From IMG/VR virus record IMGVR_UViG_3300005439_000019, positions 9,805-73,804 of that record: a stretch of DNA of 64,000 nucleotides. One strand, 5' to 3'. How positions within the stretch are numbered: the stretch's first letter is position 1; the number at the start of each line of letters is the position of its first letter. Both the position numbers and the translations under genes were made by a program. This document shows positions 5,589 through 15,024 of the stretch, piece by piece. Source of the stretch: a virus. The notes below the pieces were generated by a model. The model was not told the DNA's origin. It worked only from the letters and a program-made list of their open reading frames with translations, and did no database searches.

Positions 5589-7888
5589 CAACCCCCGCCG
5601 ACTTCTACGGCGTCCCCCTGATCAGCGTCACGACCCAGGTGGACACGATCACCATCAGCCACACCGTCCCGGCTGCCCTCTCCAAGAAGGGCATCGTCTC
5701 CTACCCGTCGCTGGAGACCGCCGGGGCGACGCCGACCTCCGACGTGATCACCGTCTTCGACGTCACCACGGCCACCGCCCTGGTCCTGAACACCGACTAC
5801 ACGCTGACCGCCTCCGGCAGCTCGCCGGAGACCCAGACCTACTCGGTCACCCGGGTCAACAGCTCCTCGGCCTCCGCCGACGGCAACACCTGCCGCGTCA
5901 CCTACCGCTGGGGCACCGTCCCGGACAGCGCCCGTGACTTCGGCGACTTCCAGGGCGAGGCGGGCGCAGCCCCGGCGGGCACCGCCTTCCAGGCGTCCAA
6001 CCAGCCGACCAGCGGGTCGACGGTCGCTGGCATCGGCGAGCAGGCGGCCGGAGGGTCCCTCACCGACCCGGCCAACACCGTCAAGGGCGGCCCGGAGACC
6101 GGCTCCCCCGGCTCGGAGTACGGGGTCACCCCGACCCACCCGAGCACCTTCGGGTACAACGCCCTGGGCTCCCCCGATACCGAGGCGGTCTACGGCGGCG
6201 CGCTGCCGGAGAACTTCGTCCCGACCGACACCAGCTTCACCACGACGGTCGACACCACCGTGGCGGGCGGCTCCAACCTGGTGCCCGCGATGTTCCCGAG
6301 CCCGCCCGGGTACCGTGCCCCGTCGGCCGGGGTGGCGGGCGGGACGAAGGACACGACCCTGACGGACATCCTGGGCAACCAGGTGAACGCCACCGCGTCG
6401 CAGCCTCCCTCCGGGTACGCCGCGACGCTGGTCGACACCAGCTACATCGGGTCCCCGGCCGCTCCCACCGCGCTGGTGTCGCAGACCGACGCCTTCGCCG
6501 CCGACCAGGCAGGCTCCCCTGACTACCTGTCGCAGTCCGGGATCATCCCCTCGTCGATCGTCGTCACCAACACCACCACCTCGACGCTGATGGTGCTGAC
6601 GACCGACTACACGGTGACCACCGCAGGGAACGGCCCGACCCTCAACGCCTACGTCACGCCGGTCGCGGGCACCAACTTCGCCAACGGGAACAGCGTCTCG
6701 GTCACCTACAACTGGGGCGACGCGACCTACTGGGACTCCAACCCGCCAACCTCGGTCCCCGGCGCGCCGACGATGAACTCGGTCACCGCCGTCAACCGGG
6801 GCGTCAACGTCAACTGGAGCGCCCCGGCGACCGACGTCTACGTCCAGTACTACCTGCTCCAGTCCTCTGACCTGGGCACCATGTACGTCCCCTACACCGG
6901 GCAGCCGGTCAACTACGGGCAGACCTCCCCCTCGGGCGGCGCGAGCATCGGCCAGCCGACCTACCAGTCGGACGTCCTCAACCTGGTGACGGCGGCGCTG
7001 GCCGCCCCGGCGACCCCGACCTCCGCTACCGCCACCTCAGGCGGCACCGTGCTGGCCGGCACCTACACGATGGTCACCACCTACACGAACGCCAACGGGG
7101 AGACCCTGGCCTCGGCGACCCACACCCAGGTGACCACCGGGTCGACGTCCACCCTGACGGTCAACTCCCCCGGCGCGCTGTCCGGGGCCACCCACTGGTA
7201 CGCCTACGTCTCCCAGGTCGGCGGGACCACCCTGACCAGGCAGCAGGCAGCCGGGTCCCCCACCCTGATCGGCACCAACCTGACGCTGACCGCCCCGCCG
7301 ACCAGCACCGGGGCGAACCCGCCGACCCTGAACACGACGATCCCGACCACCTCGAAGACGGGCGTCCTCACCCCGCCCGCCCAGGTCATCGTCAAGGACC
7401 TCACCACCGCCGGGGCCGAGGGCGACCCGATGCAGCCCGACGGCTTCGTGCTGGAGTACGGCTATGACTACACCATCACGGTGGTCGGGGCCGGCCCGTG
7501 GACGCAGTACCAGGTCGCCCTGGTCGCCAGCTCGGTGAACGCGGCGGCGGGCGACCAGATCGAGATCGACTACTGGTACGGGGCGGACCCCAGCTCGGTC
7601 AGCGCGGTGTTCACCCAGGGCCTGGTGCAGAACACCAACGTGATCTACCGGCCGGACGGCACCACCCCCTACAACCAGGGGTACAGGTTCCAGGTGGCGG
7701 CCGGCAACCAGCTCGGGGTCGGCCCGTGGTCCGCCTGGTCCTCCTACGCGGTCCCGCTGAACTACAACGAGCCGCAGGCCAACGCCAGCATCACCGTCGG
7801 CACCGGCTCCCTCGACCCGGCCAACACGATCAACCCGATCTACAAGCCGGACGGCACCGTCAAGGCGGGCACAGGGCTCGGAGGCTAG
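5585..7888 (+). CDS. minor tail / tail-fibre-like protein with fibronectin type III domains (767 aa)
   Basis: ATGA overlap with the upstream gene. Thr/Ser/Gly-rich. FN3-like segments (VNWSAPATDVYVQYYLL..., YRFQVAAGNQLGVGPWSAWSSYAVPLN). Confidence 0.55.
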   Translation: MTTPADFYGVPLISVTTQVDTITISHTVPAALSKKGIVSYPSLETAGATPTSDVITVFDVTTATALVLNTDYTLTASGSSPETQTYSVTRVNSSSASADGNTCRVTYRWGTVPDSARDFGDFQGEAGAAPAGTAFQASNQPTSGSTVAGIGEQAAGGSLTDPANTVKGGPETGSPGSEYGVTPTHPSTFGYNALGSPDTEAVYGGALPENFVPTDTSFTTTVDTTVAGGSNLVPAMFPSPPGYRAPSAGVAGGTKDTTLTDILGNQVNATASQPPSGYAATLVDTSYIGSPAAPTALVSQTDAFAADQAGSPDYLSQSGIIPSSIVVTNTTTSTLMVLTTDYTVTTAGNGPTLNAYVTPVAGTNFANGNSVSVTYNWGDATYWDSNPPTSVPGAPTMNSVTAVNRGVNVNWSAPATDVYVQYYLLQSSDLGTMYVPYTGQPVNYGQTSPSGGASIGQPTYQSDVLNLVTAALAAPATPTSATATSGGTVLAGTYTMVTTYTNANGETLASATHTQVTTGSTSTLTVNSPGALSGATHWYAYVSQVGGTTLTRQQAAGSPTLIGTNLTLTAPPTSTGANPPTLNTTIPTTSKTGVLTPPAQVIVKDLTTAGAEGDPMQPDGFVLEYGYDYTITVVGAGPWTQYQVALVASSVNAAAGDQIEIDYWYGADPSSVSAVFTQGLVQNTNVIYRPDGTTPYNQGYRFQVAAGNQLGVGPWSAWSSYAVPLNYNEPQANASITVGTGSLDPANTINPIYKPDGTVKAGTGLGG

Positions 7889-8548
7889 GTGGCAACCTTC
7901 AGCACGGTCCTCGGGCTCAAGCTCAACGACCCGACTGACCCGTTCCAGCTCAGCGACTTCATCGCGAACTGGCAGGTCCTCGACGCCTCGCCGGGGATCT
8001 TCATCTGCACGTCCACCTCCCGGCCCTCCTGGGGGACCGCCCAGGCGGGCCGGCTGATCTTCATGAAGGACCTGAAGCAGACCAGCTACTGGGACGGGGC
8101 GACCTGGAACGACCTGCGCGACGCCGCGCCGATGTTCGCCGGCGGCTTCTTCCTGAACGCCGCGTGCAACCCGGGCTCCACCGGCACGTTCAACCTGCTG
8201 ACCCTCACCACGCCCAGGCCGTCGTCGCTAGCCATCTGGGCGACGGCGACCTACACCTGCGACAACGACGACTTCCAGAGCGCCCAGCAGGCGATCACCT
8301 TCGACGGAACCCCGTCGCTGATGGGGTCGTTCCAGGAGGCGGTGCGGCCGTCAGGCGACAACAACGGGGGCGGCACCCAGATCCCGGACAGCGCCACCTC
8401 GATCACGATGATCCCGGCGGTTACCGCCGGCCAGCACCAGATCGGGCTCCGGGTCCAGGTCAGCCACCATTACTGGGACACGGTTACCCTCGTCGGGGTG
8501 AAGGTGCTCGCGCTGGTCTCCGTCTACGCCACCGGAAACAGCCTGTAA
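7889..8548 (+). CDS. hypothetical tail-associated protein (219 aa)
   Basis: ORF track; GTG start immediately after the upstream stop. Confidence 0.45.
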   Translation: MATFSTVLGLKLNDPTDPFQLSDFIANWQVLDASPGIFICTSTSRPSWGTAQAGRLIFMKDLKQTSYWDGATWNDLRDAAPMFAGGFFLNAACNPGSTGTFNLLTLTTPRPSSLAIWATATYTCDNDDFQSAQQAITFDGTPSLMGSFQEAVRPSGDNNGGGTQIPDSATSITMIPAVTAGQHQIGLRVQVSHHYWDTVTLVGVKVLALVSVYATGNSL

Positions 8549-8757
8549 CGGACACTGGAGCCTAAGGATGTGGAAGAGGGCGTAATGCCCCCGGTAGCCG
8601 TCCGACGTCCAGAACTTCTTCCCGCACTCGCAGATATTGCGGCCGAAGAACCCGTAGAAGGGAAGCGGGATGGACGGGACCCAGGCTCCTTCGGCGTTCA
8701 TCTGTAGATCCACGCCTGCACCATAGCCCCCGGAAGAATCGGAGGAGGTTCGCTCTC

Positions 8758-9654
8758 ATGACCGTCGACCCCGGCTTGATCGACTGGCGCGAGCGCACCT
8801 ACCTGTCCCAGTACGCGCAGCCCCCGCTCACCTTCGCCATCTACGTCGGCGGGGTCCTGGCCGACCCGGACCACTCCTCGGTGACCGGCCGGCTGGTGAT
8901 GCAGAACCCGGACGGCACCGAGGCGCTGGTCAACACCTACACCGCCGCCCGGGAGGGCACCGGGACGTACGTGATCACCCCGTCCTCGGCCGACACGCAG
9001 ACCCCCGGCTACGCCGAGCTGGACTGGGCTTACTCGATCTCCGGGACGCCGCAGCAGTACGCCTCCTGGCTGACGATCGGCATCGCCAACCCGACCTGGG
9101 ACTCCCTCCCCCAGGACATGCAGGACTTCCTGGAGCAGCAGGTCTGGGTGCGGTTCGCCGACCTCTTCGACTCCCCCGGCGGCGGCCCCAACCTCCAGAG
9201 CTACTTCCAGGCGCACTGGTCGCGGGGCCGGGCGGCGCAGATGATGAGCATCGCGCTGATGAAGATCAACGCGGTCGCCCAGCCGTGGTCGAACTACACG
9301 CTCGACGGAAACGGCGGCCCGAAGTACGCCATCCAGTTCTGGGGCGGGCTCCTGGCGAGCTACACCTACATCGAGTGCGTCAAGCAGCTCATCCGCTCCT
9401 ACACCGAGCAGCCGGCCCTCTCCGGCCCGCCGGTCGCCCGGCTGGACCGTCGCGACTACGTGGACAGGTGGCGCTCCGCGCTCGCCGACGAGCAGGCGGA
9501 GCTGAAGTCGCTGCTGGACGTGTTCAAGATCCGGCACATCATGAACGGGTCCCCCAGGGTCCTGGTCTCGGGCGGCACCTACGGGCGGTACGCTCCCACC
9601 CGCATCGCCGGCTCCGTCGCCGCCCGCCCGCGCATGTGGGCACGCTGGTACTGA
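8758..9654 (+). CDS. hypothetical structural protein (298 aa)
   Basis: ORF track; GGAGGAGG-like SD upstream; high GC3. Confidence 0.5.
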   Translation: MTVDPGLIDWRERTYLSQYAQPPLTFAIYVGGVLADPDHSSVTGRLVMQNPDGTEALVNTYTAAREGTGTYVITPSSADTQTPGYAELDWAYSISGTPQQYASWLTIGIANPTWDSLPQDMQDFLEQQVWVRFADLFDSPGGGPNLQSYFQAHWSRGRAAQMMSIALMKINAVAQPWSNYTLDGNGGPKYAIQFWGGLLASYTYIECVKQLIRSYTEQPALSGPPVARLDRRDYVDRWRSALADEQAELKSLLDVFKIRHIMNGSPRVLVSGGTYGRYAPTRIAGSVAARPRMWARWY

Positions 9655-9681
9655 TACAGGGTTCCTCGGTATCCTCCTGGC

Positions 9682-9903
9682 ATGACCGCGACGGCCACCT
9701 GCCAGTGCGGCAAGGTCCCGGACCGGCCCTGCTCCGCCGCGATCACCCAGGAGGACCTGCTGTGCGACCAGTGCAGGGCATCCCTCCTGGAAGGCATGAC
9801 TCACATCGTCTTCTCCTGGCTGACCTTGAGCGGGCCGGTCCCCCAGCACTACGCCGTCCCGGTGAAAGGCGTAGACGGGTTCTTCTCCATGGAAGCGTCA
9901 TGA
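9682..9903 (+). CDS. small Cys-rich protein (CxC...CxxC)
   Basis: ORF track; CQCGKVPDRPC...CDQC. Confidence 0.4.
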   Translation: MTATATCQCGKVPDRPCSAAITQEDLLCDQCRASLLEGMTHIVFSWLTLSGPVPQHYAVPVKGVDGFFSMEAS

Positions 9904-10148
9904 GCGACGACAAGCGCCCGGCCTATGACTACCCGATCGCCGACCCCCGGCACCGCTGCGTCCAGGGGCTGTGCGACAGCCACGCGGGCAAGGCGGGGGC
10001 TGACGCGGAGAACCTCCTGATGCTGGAGCGGTTCTTCCTCCCGCTCGACCCGCAGGAGGCGGCCGAGCGGGAGCGGGCCGTCACCGGGTCCGGGGTCCTC
10101 ACCCGCGACATGATCGTCCGGGCGCTCGGCGGGGAGCCCGGTGGCTGA
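9901..10148 (+). CDS. hypothetical protein (82 aa)
   Basis: ATGA overlap with upstream; frame of track ORF 9285..10148 from MSDDKRPAYD. Confidence 0.4.
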
Positions 10149-10392
10149 CCCCTGGGAGCCGTACGAGCCGTGGCGGTCCTGGCAGGGCAACCTTGCCCCG
10201 GACGAGCTAGAGCGGTTCCGCCGTGACCTCGAACACTCCCTGAAGAGCCCTGTGCGGTACCGGCTCCCGAACGGGAAGCTCACCAGGCGGGTGCCGCTGC
10301 CGCTGCGCGCCCGCCTCAGGCTTAGCGCCCGGGGGATGGTGACCCGCTGGCTCTTGCGGCGGTACCGCCCCCGGAAGGTTCATGACCGCTAA
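10141..10392 (+). CDS. hypothetical protein
   Basis: ORF track; overlaps neighbouring genes by a few nt. Confidence 0.4.
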   Translation: MADPWEPYEPWRSWQGNLAPDELERFRRDLEHSLKSPVRYRLPNGKLTRRVPLPLRARLRLSARGMVTRWLLRRYRPRKVHDR

Positions 10393-10642
10393 GCGCGAGG
10401 CCGAGCTGGAGACCGAGAACCGCATGCTCCGTGAGCAGGTGGCCAGCCTTGAGAAGATCATCGAGCGGATGCAGCCGGTTATCTGCCTGGACAGCAGCCG
10501 CCTCGTCGGGGCCGCCGCGCCGCAGCCGCCGGTCTGGTACTGGTGGCCGAACAACACCTGGACCACCGACTTCACGGTGACCTGCGGCTCCGGCACGATC
10601 ACGGGGCCGACGCCTGAGGGCTCCACAGTCAGCCCGCTCTGA
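10382..10642 (+). CDS. hypothetical protein with N-terminal coiled coil
   Basis: ORF track; MTAKREAELETENRMLREQVASLEKIIERM. Confidence 0.4.
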   Translation: MTAKREAELETENRMLREQVASLEKIIERMQPVICLDSSRLVGAAAPQPPVWYWWPNNTWTTDFTVTCGSGTITGPTPEGSTVSPL

Positions 10643-10801
10643 GTTACCCTGGGGTTGTCGAGGGTGCCCCCGTCCCACGGCACGGGCCGACTTCCCCCAA
10701 GCGGCCCCTCGCGAGCCCGCCTGCCGCTCCCGCCCCAATGGAAAGTCACCAGGCGGGCTCGCCCCTTTCCCCGGAAGACATGAGCCGGGGAGGAGGCCGG
10801 G

Positions 10802-11056
10802 GTGCCGCACTGGTGGAGCGCTTACTGGGCCTGGGTGGGGTCGAACATCGGGGCGATGCCGGCCGAGTTCGTTATCACGGTCGTGGCGACCCTCGTCTTC
10901 CAGAAGCCGATCGCGAGGCTCCTGGCGCTGCTGCGCAGGGACGTCCACGCGGCGGTAGACAAGGCGCAGGAGGACGCGAAGGCAGCCAGGGAGATAGTCG
11001 GTGACCTGTACCGGCACATGACCGGCGAGGACCACCCGGTCCAGAACGGGAAGTAG
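10802..11056 (+). CDS. hypothetical small protein with one TM segment (holin-like?)
   Basis: ORF track; hydrophobic segment AEFVITVVATLVF followed by a charged tail. Confidence 0.35.
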   Translation: MPHWWSAYWAWVGSNIGAMPAEFVITVVATLVFQKPIARLLALLRRDVHAAVDKAQEDAKAAREIVGDLYRHMTGEDHPVQNGK

Positions 11057-11059
11057 CTC

Positions 11060-13162
11060 GTGGCCAACCACCCAGGAGCGGCAGCGCTCACCGGCAGCGG
11101 GACTATCACGCCGCACGGCACGGCCACCCGCCGTAAGTCCGCCGCCCTGTCCGGCTCGGGCACCTTCACCGCCCACGAGAAGAACGCATACCCGGTGGCG
11201 GCCCTGTCGGGATCGGGGAGCTTCACCGCGAACGGGCGGCGTCAGATCCCGGTGACGTTCCAGGCGGGCGCTTCGCTGTCGGTGAGCGCCCGGGTCATCA
11301 AGAACGCCACCGCCGCGCTGGCGGCTGCCCCGGTGCTCACCGCCACCGGGTTCGTGCCGATGATGGCCGCGCGCCCCGTGCTGGCCGCCACGGCGAAGGT
11401 GACCGAGGTGGCCGCCGCCGCCTTCACTGCGCCGGGCACCCTGACGGCGGCCACGTCGCAGTCGGCCGCGCACCTGTCGGCCGCGCCCGCGCTGCTGGCC
11501 CCCGGGCGGATGGCCGCCGCCCGCCTGCTGGCGGGCACCTCGATGTCGGTGTCCGGCACGTACTTCATGCCGGGCGCTGCGGCGCTGTTCGCCGGCCCTG
11601 TCCTGTCGGCTGCGGCGAGGGTCACCGAGCTTCCCTCCGTTCACCTGAGCGCGCCCGCCTCGATGTCCGTCCCGTCGTCCCTGCGGGTGCAGGCGTCGGC
11701 TGCCTTCCACGGCGGGGCGGCCCTGTCGGCGGCCCCGTTCACCGCCTCCGCCCACCTGTCGGCCGCGCCCGCGCTGAGCGCGGCTGGCACCGGGACCGAC
11801 TTCGCGCACGCGGCGCTGAGCGCACCGGGTTCCGTCACCTTCCACGGACAGGTCACGCGCAAGCCCAGGGCGGCCCTCAGCGGCTCCGGGACGATCCACT
11901 CGCGTGGTACGACCGTCAAGTTCGCCAGCGCCGCCCTGAGGGCTTCTGCGGCCCTCCGGGCGGCAGGGGTGCGCGGCGTCGCGGCGCACTCCGCGCTGAC
12001 GGCGGCGGCGCACCTCTCAGCGGGCGCGCTCCGCTCGGCGGCGGGCCGGGCGGCGCTGTCCGCCCAGGTAAGCGCCTTCGTCTCGGCCCAGGTGACACCT
12101 GGCGTGCGCCTGAGCGCCGCCGCCGTGCTGTCCGGCTCGGCGGTCCTCAGCCGGACGGTGCGGTCCACGCTGTCCAGCGGGGCGAGGCTCACCGCGACCG
12201 CGCACGGCACGGCGTTCCCGCGCGCCGCCTTCACCGCCCCCGGTGCCCTTGCCGCCGTGCCGCTCGGGGTGGTCAAGGGCGGCGAGGCGATGGCCGCCAG
12301 CCCGTCGCTGCGGGCGGCGGCCAGCACCAGGCCGAGGCTGCCGTTCCCGCAGCCGCCGGGCAGGCAGCAGGCCGCCTGGGAGCGGGACGTCCAGCGCTTC
12401 GCGATCGTCCAGGAGCGACAGCGGCACGCCCAGGCGCTTTGGCAGTACGGCGAGCTGGTGATGTTCGCCCTGATGTGGAAGCCCGAGGACATCACCTCTG
12501 GGCTGGCGCGACGGTGCACCCGCTGCTACGTCCCCGCCCAGGTGATCAGCGACCTGCCCCCGGAGACGCCGCCGCCGCTGGGATGGCCGACGGCATCCAC
12601 GGAAGCTCAGATCAGCGCCGCCTACGGGCAGGGCACCCAGTTCCGCTGCCCGCTGTGCTTCGGCACCCAGGTGATCGCGGCCGGGACGGTGAAGGTACCC
12701 GGCGTACGGGCGCTGCTGGTGCGCCCGGCGATCCTCACCGACACCGACCAGAACCAGCAGCGCACCGCGCGGGGCGTCGTCAACACCGGGAGCGTGCAGG
12801 TGCAGTCGACGCCTGACTTCCGGGTGCACACCCTGGACTACCTGTTCCGGTCAGACGGGCGGCGCTACCAGCTCTCGGTGCCGTCCCGGACGACGCTGCG
12901 CACCGGGTTCGGCTCCCCGTGGCAGGACGCGGCCGGGATCAGCTACAACGTCTCGAACGCCAGCCTGGAGGACCCGGACGCCTCGGTGGCGTACGCCATC
13001 GCCCCGCTGGCCGCCGAGCTGGCGCAGGTGCTCGGCACCTACACCAGGGTCCCGGCTGACTACGCCTGGGTCGAGCAGGTGAACGGGCCGCTGATCCCCG
13101 GCGAGGACCCGCCGCCCGCCGCGTACGGGCTGTATCAGCCGCCGGCCTCAGCGGGCGTCTGA
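11060..13162 (+). CDS. fibre-like protein with degenerate 17-aa 'A-LSGSGT-TA-G' repeats (700 aa)
   Basis: ORF track. N-terminal ~400 aa are Ala/Ser/Gly repeats homologous to the repeats in 34949..38521. C-terminal globular part contains CxxC pairs. Confidence 0.5.
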   Translation: MANHPGAAALTGSGTITPHGTATRRKSAALSGSGTFTAHEKNAYPVAALSGSGSFTANGRRQIPVTFQAGASLSVSARVIKNATAALAAAPVLTATGFVPMMAARPVLAATAKVTEVAAAAFTAPGTLTAATSQSAAHLSAAPALLAPGRMAAARLLAGTSMSVSGTYFMPGAAALFAGPVLSAAARVTELPSVHLSAPASMSVPSSLRVQASAAFHGGAALSAAPFTASAHLSAAPALSAAGTGTDFAHAALSAPGSVTFHGQVTRKPRAALSGSGTIHSRGTTVKFASAALRASAALRAAGVRGVAAHSALTAAAHLSAGALRSAAGRAALSAQVSAFVSAQVTPGVRLSAAAVLSGSAVLSRTVRSTLSSGARLTATAHGTAFPRAAFTAPGALAAVPLGVVKGGEAMAASPSLRAAASTRPRLPFPQPPGRQQAAWERDVQRFAIVQERQRHAQALWQYGELVMFALMWKPEDITSGLARRCTRCYVPAQVISDLPPETPPPLGWPTASTEAQISAAYGQGTQFRCPLCFGTQVIAAGTVKVPGVRALLVRPAILTDTDQNQQRTARGVVNTGSVQVQSTPDFRVHTLDYLFRSDGRRYQLSVPSRTTLRTGFGSPWQDAAGISYNVSNASLEDPDASVAYAIAPLAAELAQVLGTYTRVPADYAWVEQVNGPLIPGEDPPPAAYGLYQPPASAGV

Positions 13163-13368
13163 CCGAAGTCGTCGAACTCGCCGTTCATCACGCCGCCCAG
13201 GAAGTCGCGCCACTCGCCCGGGGTGTAGGTGAGGACGCCCTGGGCGTGGTCCTGGCCGTTGCGGACCTGGGCGCTCCCGTCGGAGAGAAGCTGGACCTCG
13301 ACGGAGTTGCCGGCGGCGGAGAGGCTCGACTTGAACCATGGCTTACTGACAGTAACGTCATGTGACAT
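13135..13368 (-). CDS. DUF397-like small protein (Streptomyces-type)
   Basis: Frame of track ORF 13135..13398 from MSHDVTVSKPWFKSS. GNSVEV...VRNGQD...LTYTPGEWRDFLGGVMNGEFD resembles the DUF397 consensus. Confidence 0.45.
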   Translation of the reverse strand: MSHDVTVSKPWFKSSLSAAGNSVEVQLLSDGSAQVRNGQDHAQGVLTYTPGEWRDFLGGVMNGEFDDFGQTPAEAGG

Positions 13369-13547
13369 ATCAGTGATTCTATGCAATAATCCTCGCAAGC
13401 ACCCGGATTTGGCGGCCCATTCCGGGTGCTTTTCTAATCCCTGTGCACCTCAATCGCATCGCCTGGTACGTTATGTCCCGAGCACAAGCTGAGGTTCAGG
13501 CTGAGGCTGACACGCTCCCACATTGACCGGAAGGCCCTGGTTCGACT

Positions 13548-13700
13548 CCAGGTCCCGGCACCCGCGCCGGGATAGCTCAGGGAGAGCACCCGGAGGGAGC
13601 CTCAGGATCAGGATGTGACGCTCGAAGCTGAAGCTCGCGCCAGCACGTGCAGATCCACCTGGTGGCCGCAGACGACAAGAAGCTGCGGGTTCGAGTCCCG
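13548..13700 (+). other. tRNA-like element with a ~95-nt insertion in place of the anticodon arm (possible attP or tRNA remnant)
   Basis: 5' GCGCCGG-GA-TAGCTCAGGGAGAGCACC resembles the D-arm of tRNA-Arg(CCG). 3' GCGGGTTCGAGTCCCGC-CCGGGGC is a T-arm plus acceptor strand. They are separated by ~95 nt. Confidence 0.3.
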
Positions 13701-13889
13701 CCCGGGGCGCTCCGTGCCCCGGTGGTCCAAGGGCAAGACGTCTTCCGTTCAGGATGACGGCCACCCGACAGCCGCTGCACGCGGACCTGGTGCCAGGAGC
13801 GAACCTGATAAGTCCGTAATCCTGATTACGTCGCCCCGGCGTACACGGCAAAGGTGCGCCGGGGCACCAAAGCACCCACGGGGAGAGGC

Positions 13890-14648
13890 ATGACGCAGAC
13901 GCTCGGGCAGGTAGTGGCGGCGGAGGCAGCGGCGCGGGCCGATGCCAACAAGCGCGGCGGGACGCTGCACAAGCAGGGCCAGAAGACCGACCTCTTCGAG
14001 GGGTTCGACACCACGTACTCGCCGTTCGCCGAGGCGGACGACGGGAGCGACTCCCGGGCGCTCCAGCGCCCCCCGGAGGGCAAGCGCGTCCAGCTCGTCG
14101 CCGAGGACCTGCTGCGCGAGTTCATGAACGAGATGCGCAGCGCCATCGACCTGGCCGCCGTCAAGGACGAGGCCAACTGCCGGGCGAGGGCCGACGTGAT
14201 CACGCCCGGCGGCCTGGTCCTGCTGACCGCCGTCCCGGCCACCCACCTGCTGCACATGGAGAAGGTGCTGGAAGACTTCGCGACCTTCATCGCCAAGCTC
14301 CCGGTCCGCGACCCGGCCATCGACTGGACCTACAGCCCCGACGACCGGATGGCCCACTCCCCGGCGACCTTCACCAACAGCGAGGAGGTCCGGACGAAGG
14401 CGCTGGTTATCGTCGCGCCGACGCAGTACCAGGCCGGCCAGGGGACCACCTACCAGGAGCGCGTCGCCGTCGGCCGCCGCACCACCGTCCGGCACACCGG
14501 GGCGCTGTCGGTGCAGCGCAAGCGCGACCTGGAGCGGCGCGTCGCCGAGCTGAAGGTCGCCTTCAAGCAGGCCCGGGAGGCGGCGAACCGCGTGGAGGCC
14601 GCCGACGTCCGGGAGGCCGACGAGCTGTTCGGCTATATCCTGGGATAG
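13890..14648 (+). CDS. hypothetical protein (252 aa)
   Basis: Track ORF 13854..14648; ATG at 13890 preceded by GGGGAGAGG; high GC3. Confidence 0.5.
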   Translation: MTQTLGQVVAAEAAARADANKRGGTLHKQGQKTDLFEGFDTTYSPFAEADDGSDSRALQRPPEGKRVQLVAEDLLREFMNEMRSAIDLAAVKDEANCRARADVITPGGLVLLTAVPATHLLHMEKVLEDFATFIAKLPVRDPAIDWTYSPDDRMAHSPATFTNSEEVRTKALVIVAPTQYQAGQGTTYQERVAVGRRTTVRHTGALSVQRKRDLERRVAELKVAFKQAREAANRVEAADVREADELFGYILG

Positions 14649-14704
14649 CCCGGAGACGGGAAAGAGCCCCGGCGACGTAACCGCCGGGGCTCTTTGCCTG
14701 CCTG

Positions 14705-14983
14705 CTACCGCTGGCCGTCCGGGTGGACTTCCATCACCACCGCGCCCATGGGGTCCTCGCACCGGCCCCGTTCGGCGTGCAGGTGCTGCACCACGTACTG
14801 GGTCTCGCCGAGGTCATGGAGCGCGCATACCAGCCCGACCGCGCTGAGGGCCATCACCGAGGTGCTGACGGTGACGCGGGGAACCCCCGCCTCGGCGGCG
14901 ATCAGCTTCGCGCTGACCTTGCCGGGGCCGAGGTCCCGCAGGACGGCCAGCACCCTGGCGTCGGCTTCCTCAGGAGTCATCAT
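14705..14983 (-). CDS. winged-helix (MarR-like) transcriptional regulator (92 aa)
   Basis: C-terminal part of track ORF 14705..15283 from MMTPEEADARVLAVLRDLG. HTH-like segment VSAKLIAAEAGVPRVTVSTSVMAL. GGGGAGGAAG SD. Confidence 0.45.
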   Translation of the reverse strand: MMTPEEADARVLAVLRDLGPGKVSAKLIAAEAGVPRVTVSTSVMALSAVGLVCALHDLGETQYVVQHLHAERGRCEDPMGAVVMEVHPDGQR

Positions 14984-15024
14984 GTGGCTTCCTCCCCTGC
15001 TTCCAGGCTGGCACGACGGGGAGG

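Noticed and set aside
8549-8757. Possible small minus-strand C2H2-like peptide (MDLQMNAEGAWVPSIPLPFYGFFGRNICECGKKFWTSDGYRGHYALFH)
   Set aside because: GC3 is decent for ~45 codons, but there is no in-frame stop before it runs 200 nt into the antisense of gene 7889..8548. This is insufficient support.
8698-12013. Long minus-strand ORFs (8698..9849, 10322..12013, 11641..12519) rich in Arg/Gly/Pro
   Set aside because: They are antisense to convincing plus-strand genes with high GC3. Low-complexity R/G/P-rich translation is the usual artefact of stop-poor antisense frames in 70% GC DNA.
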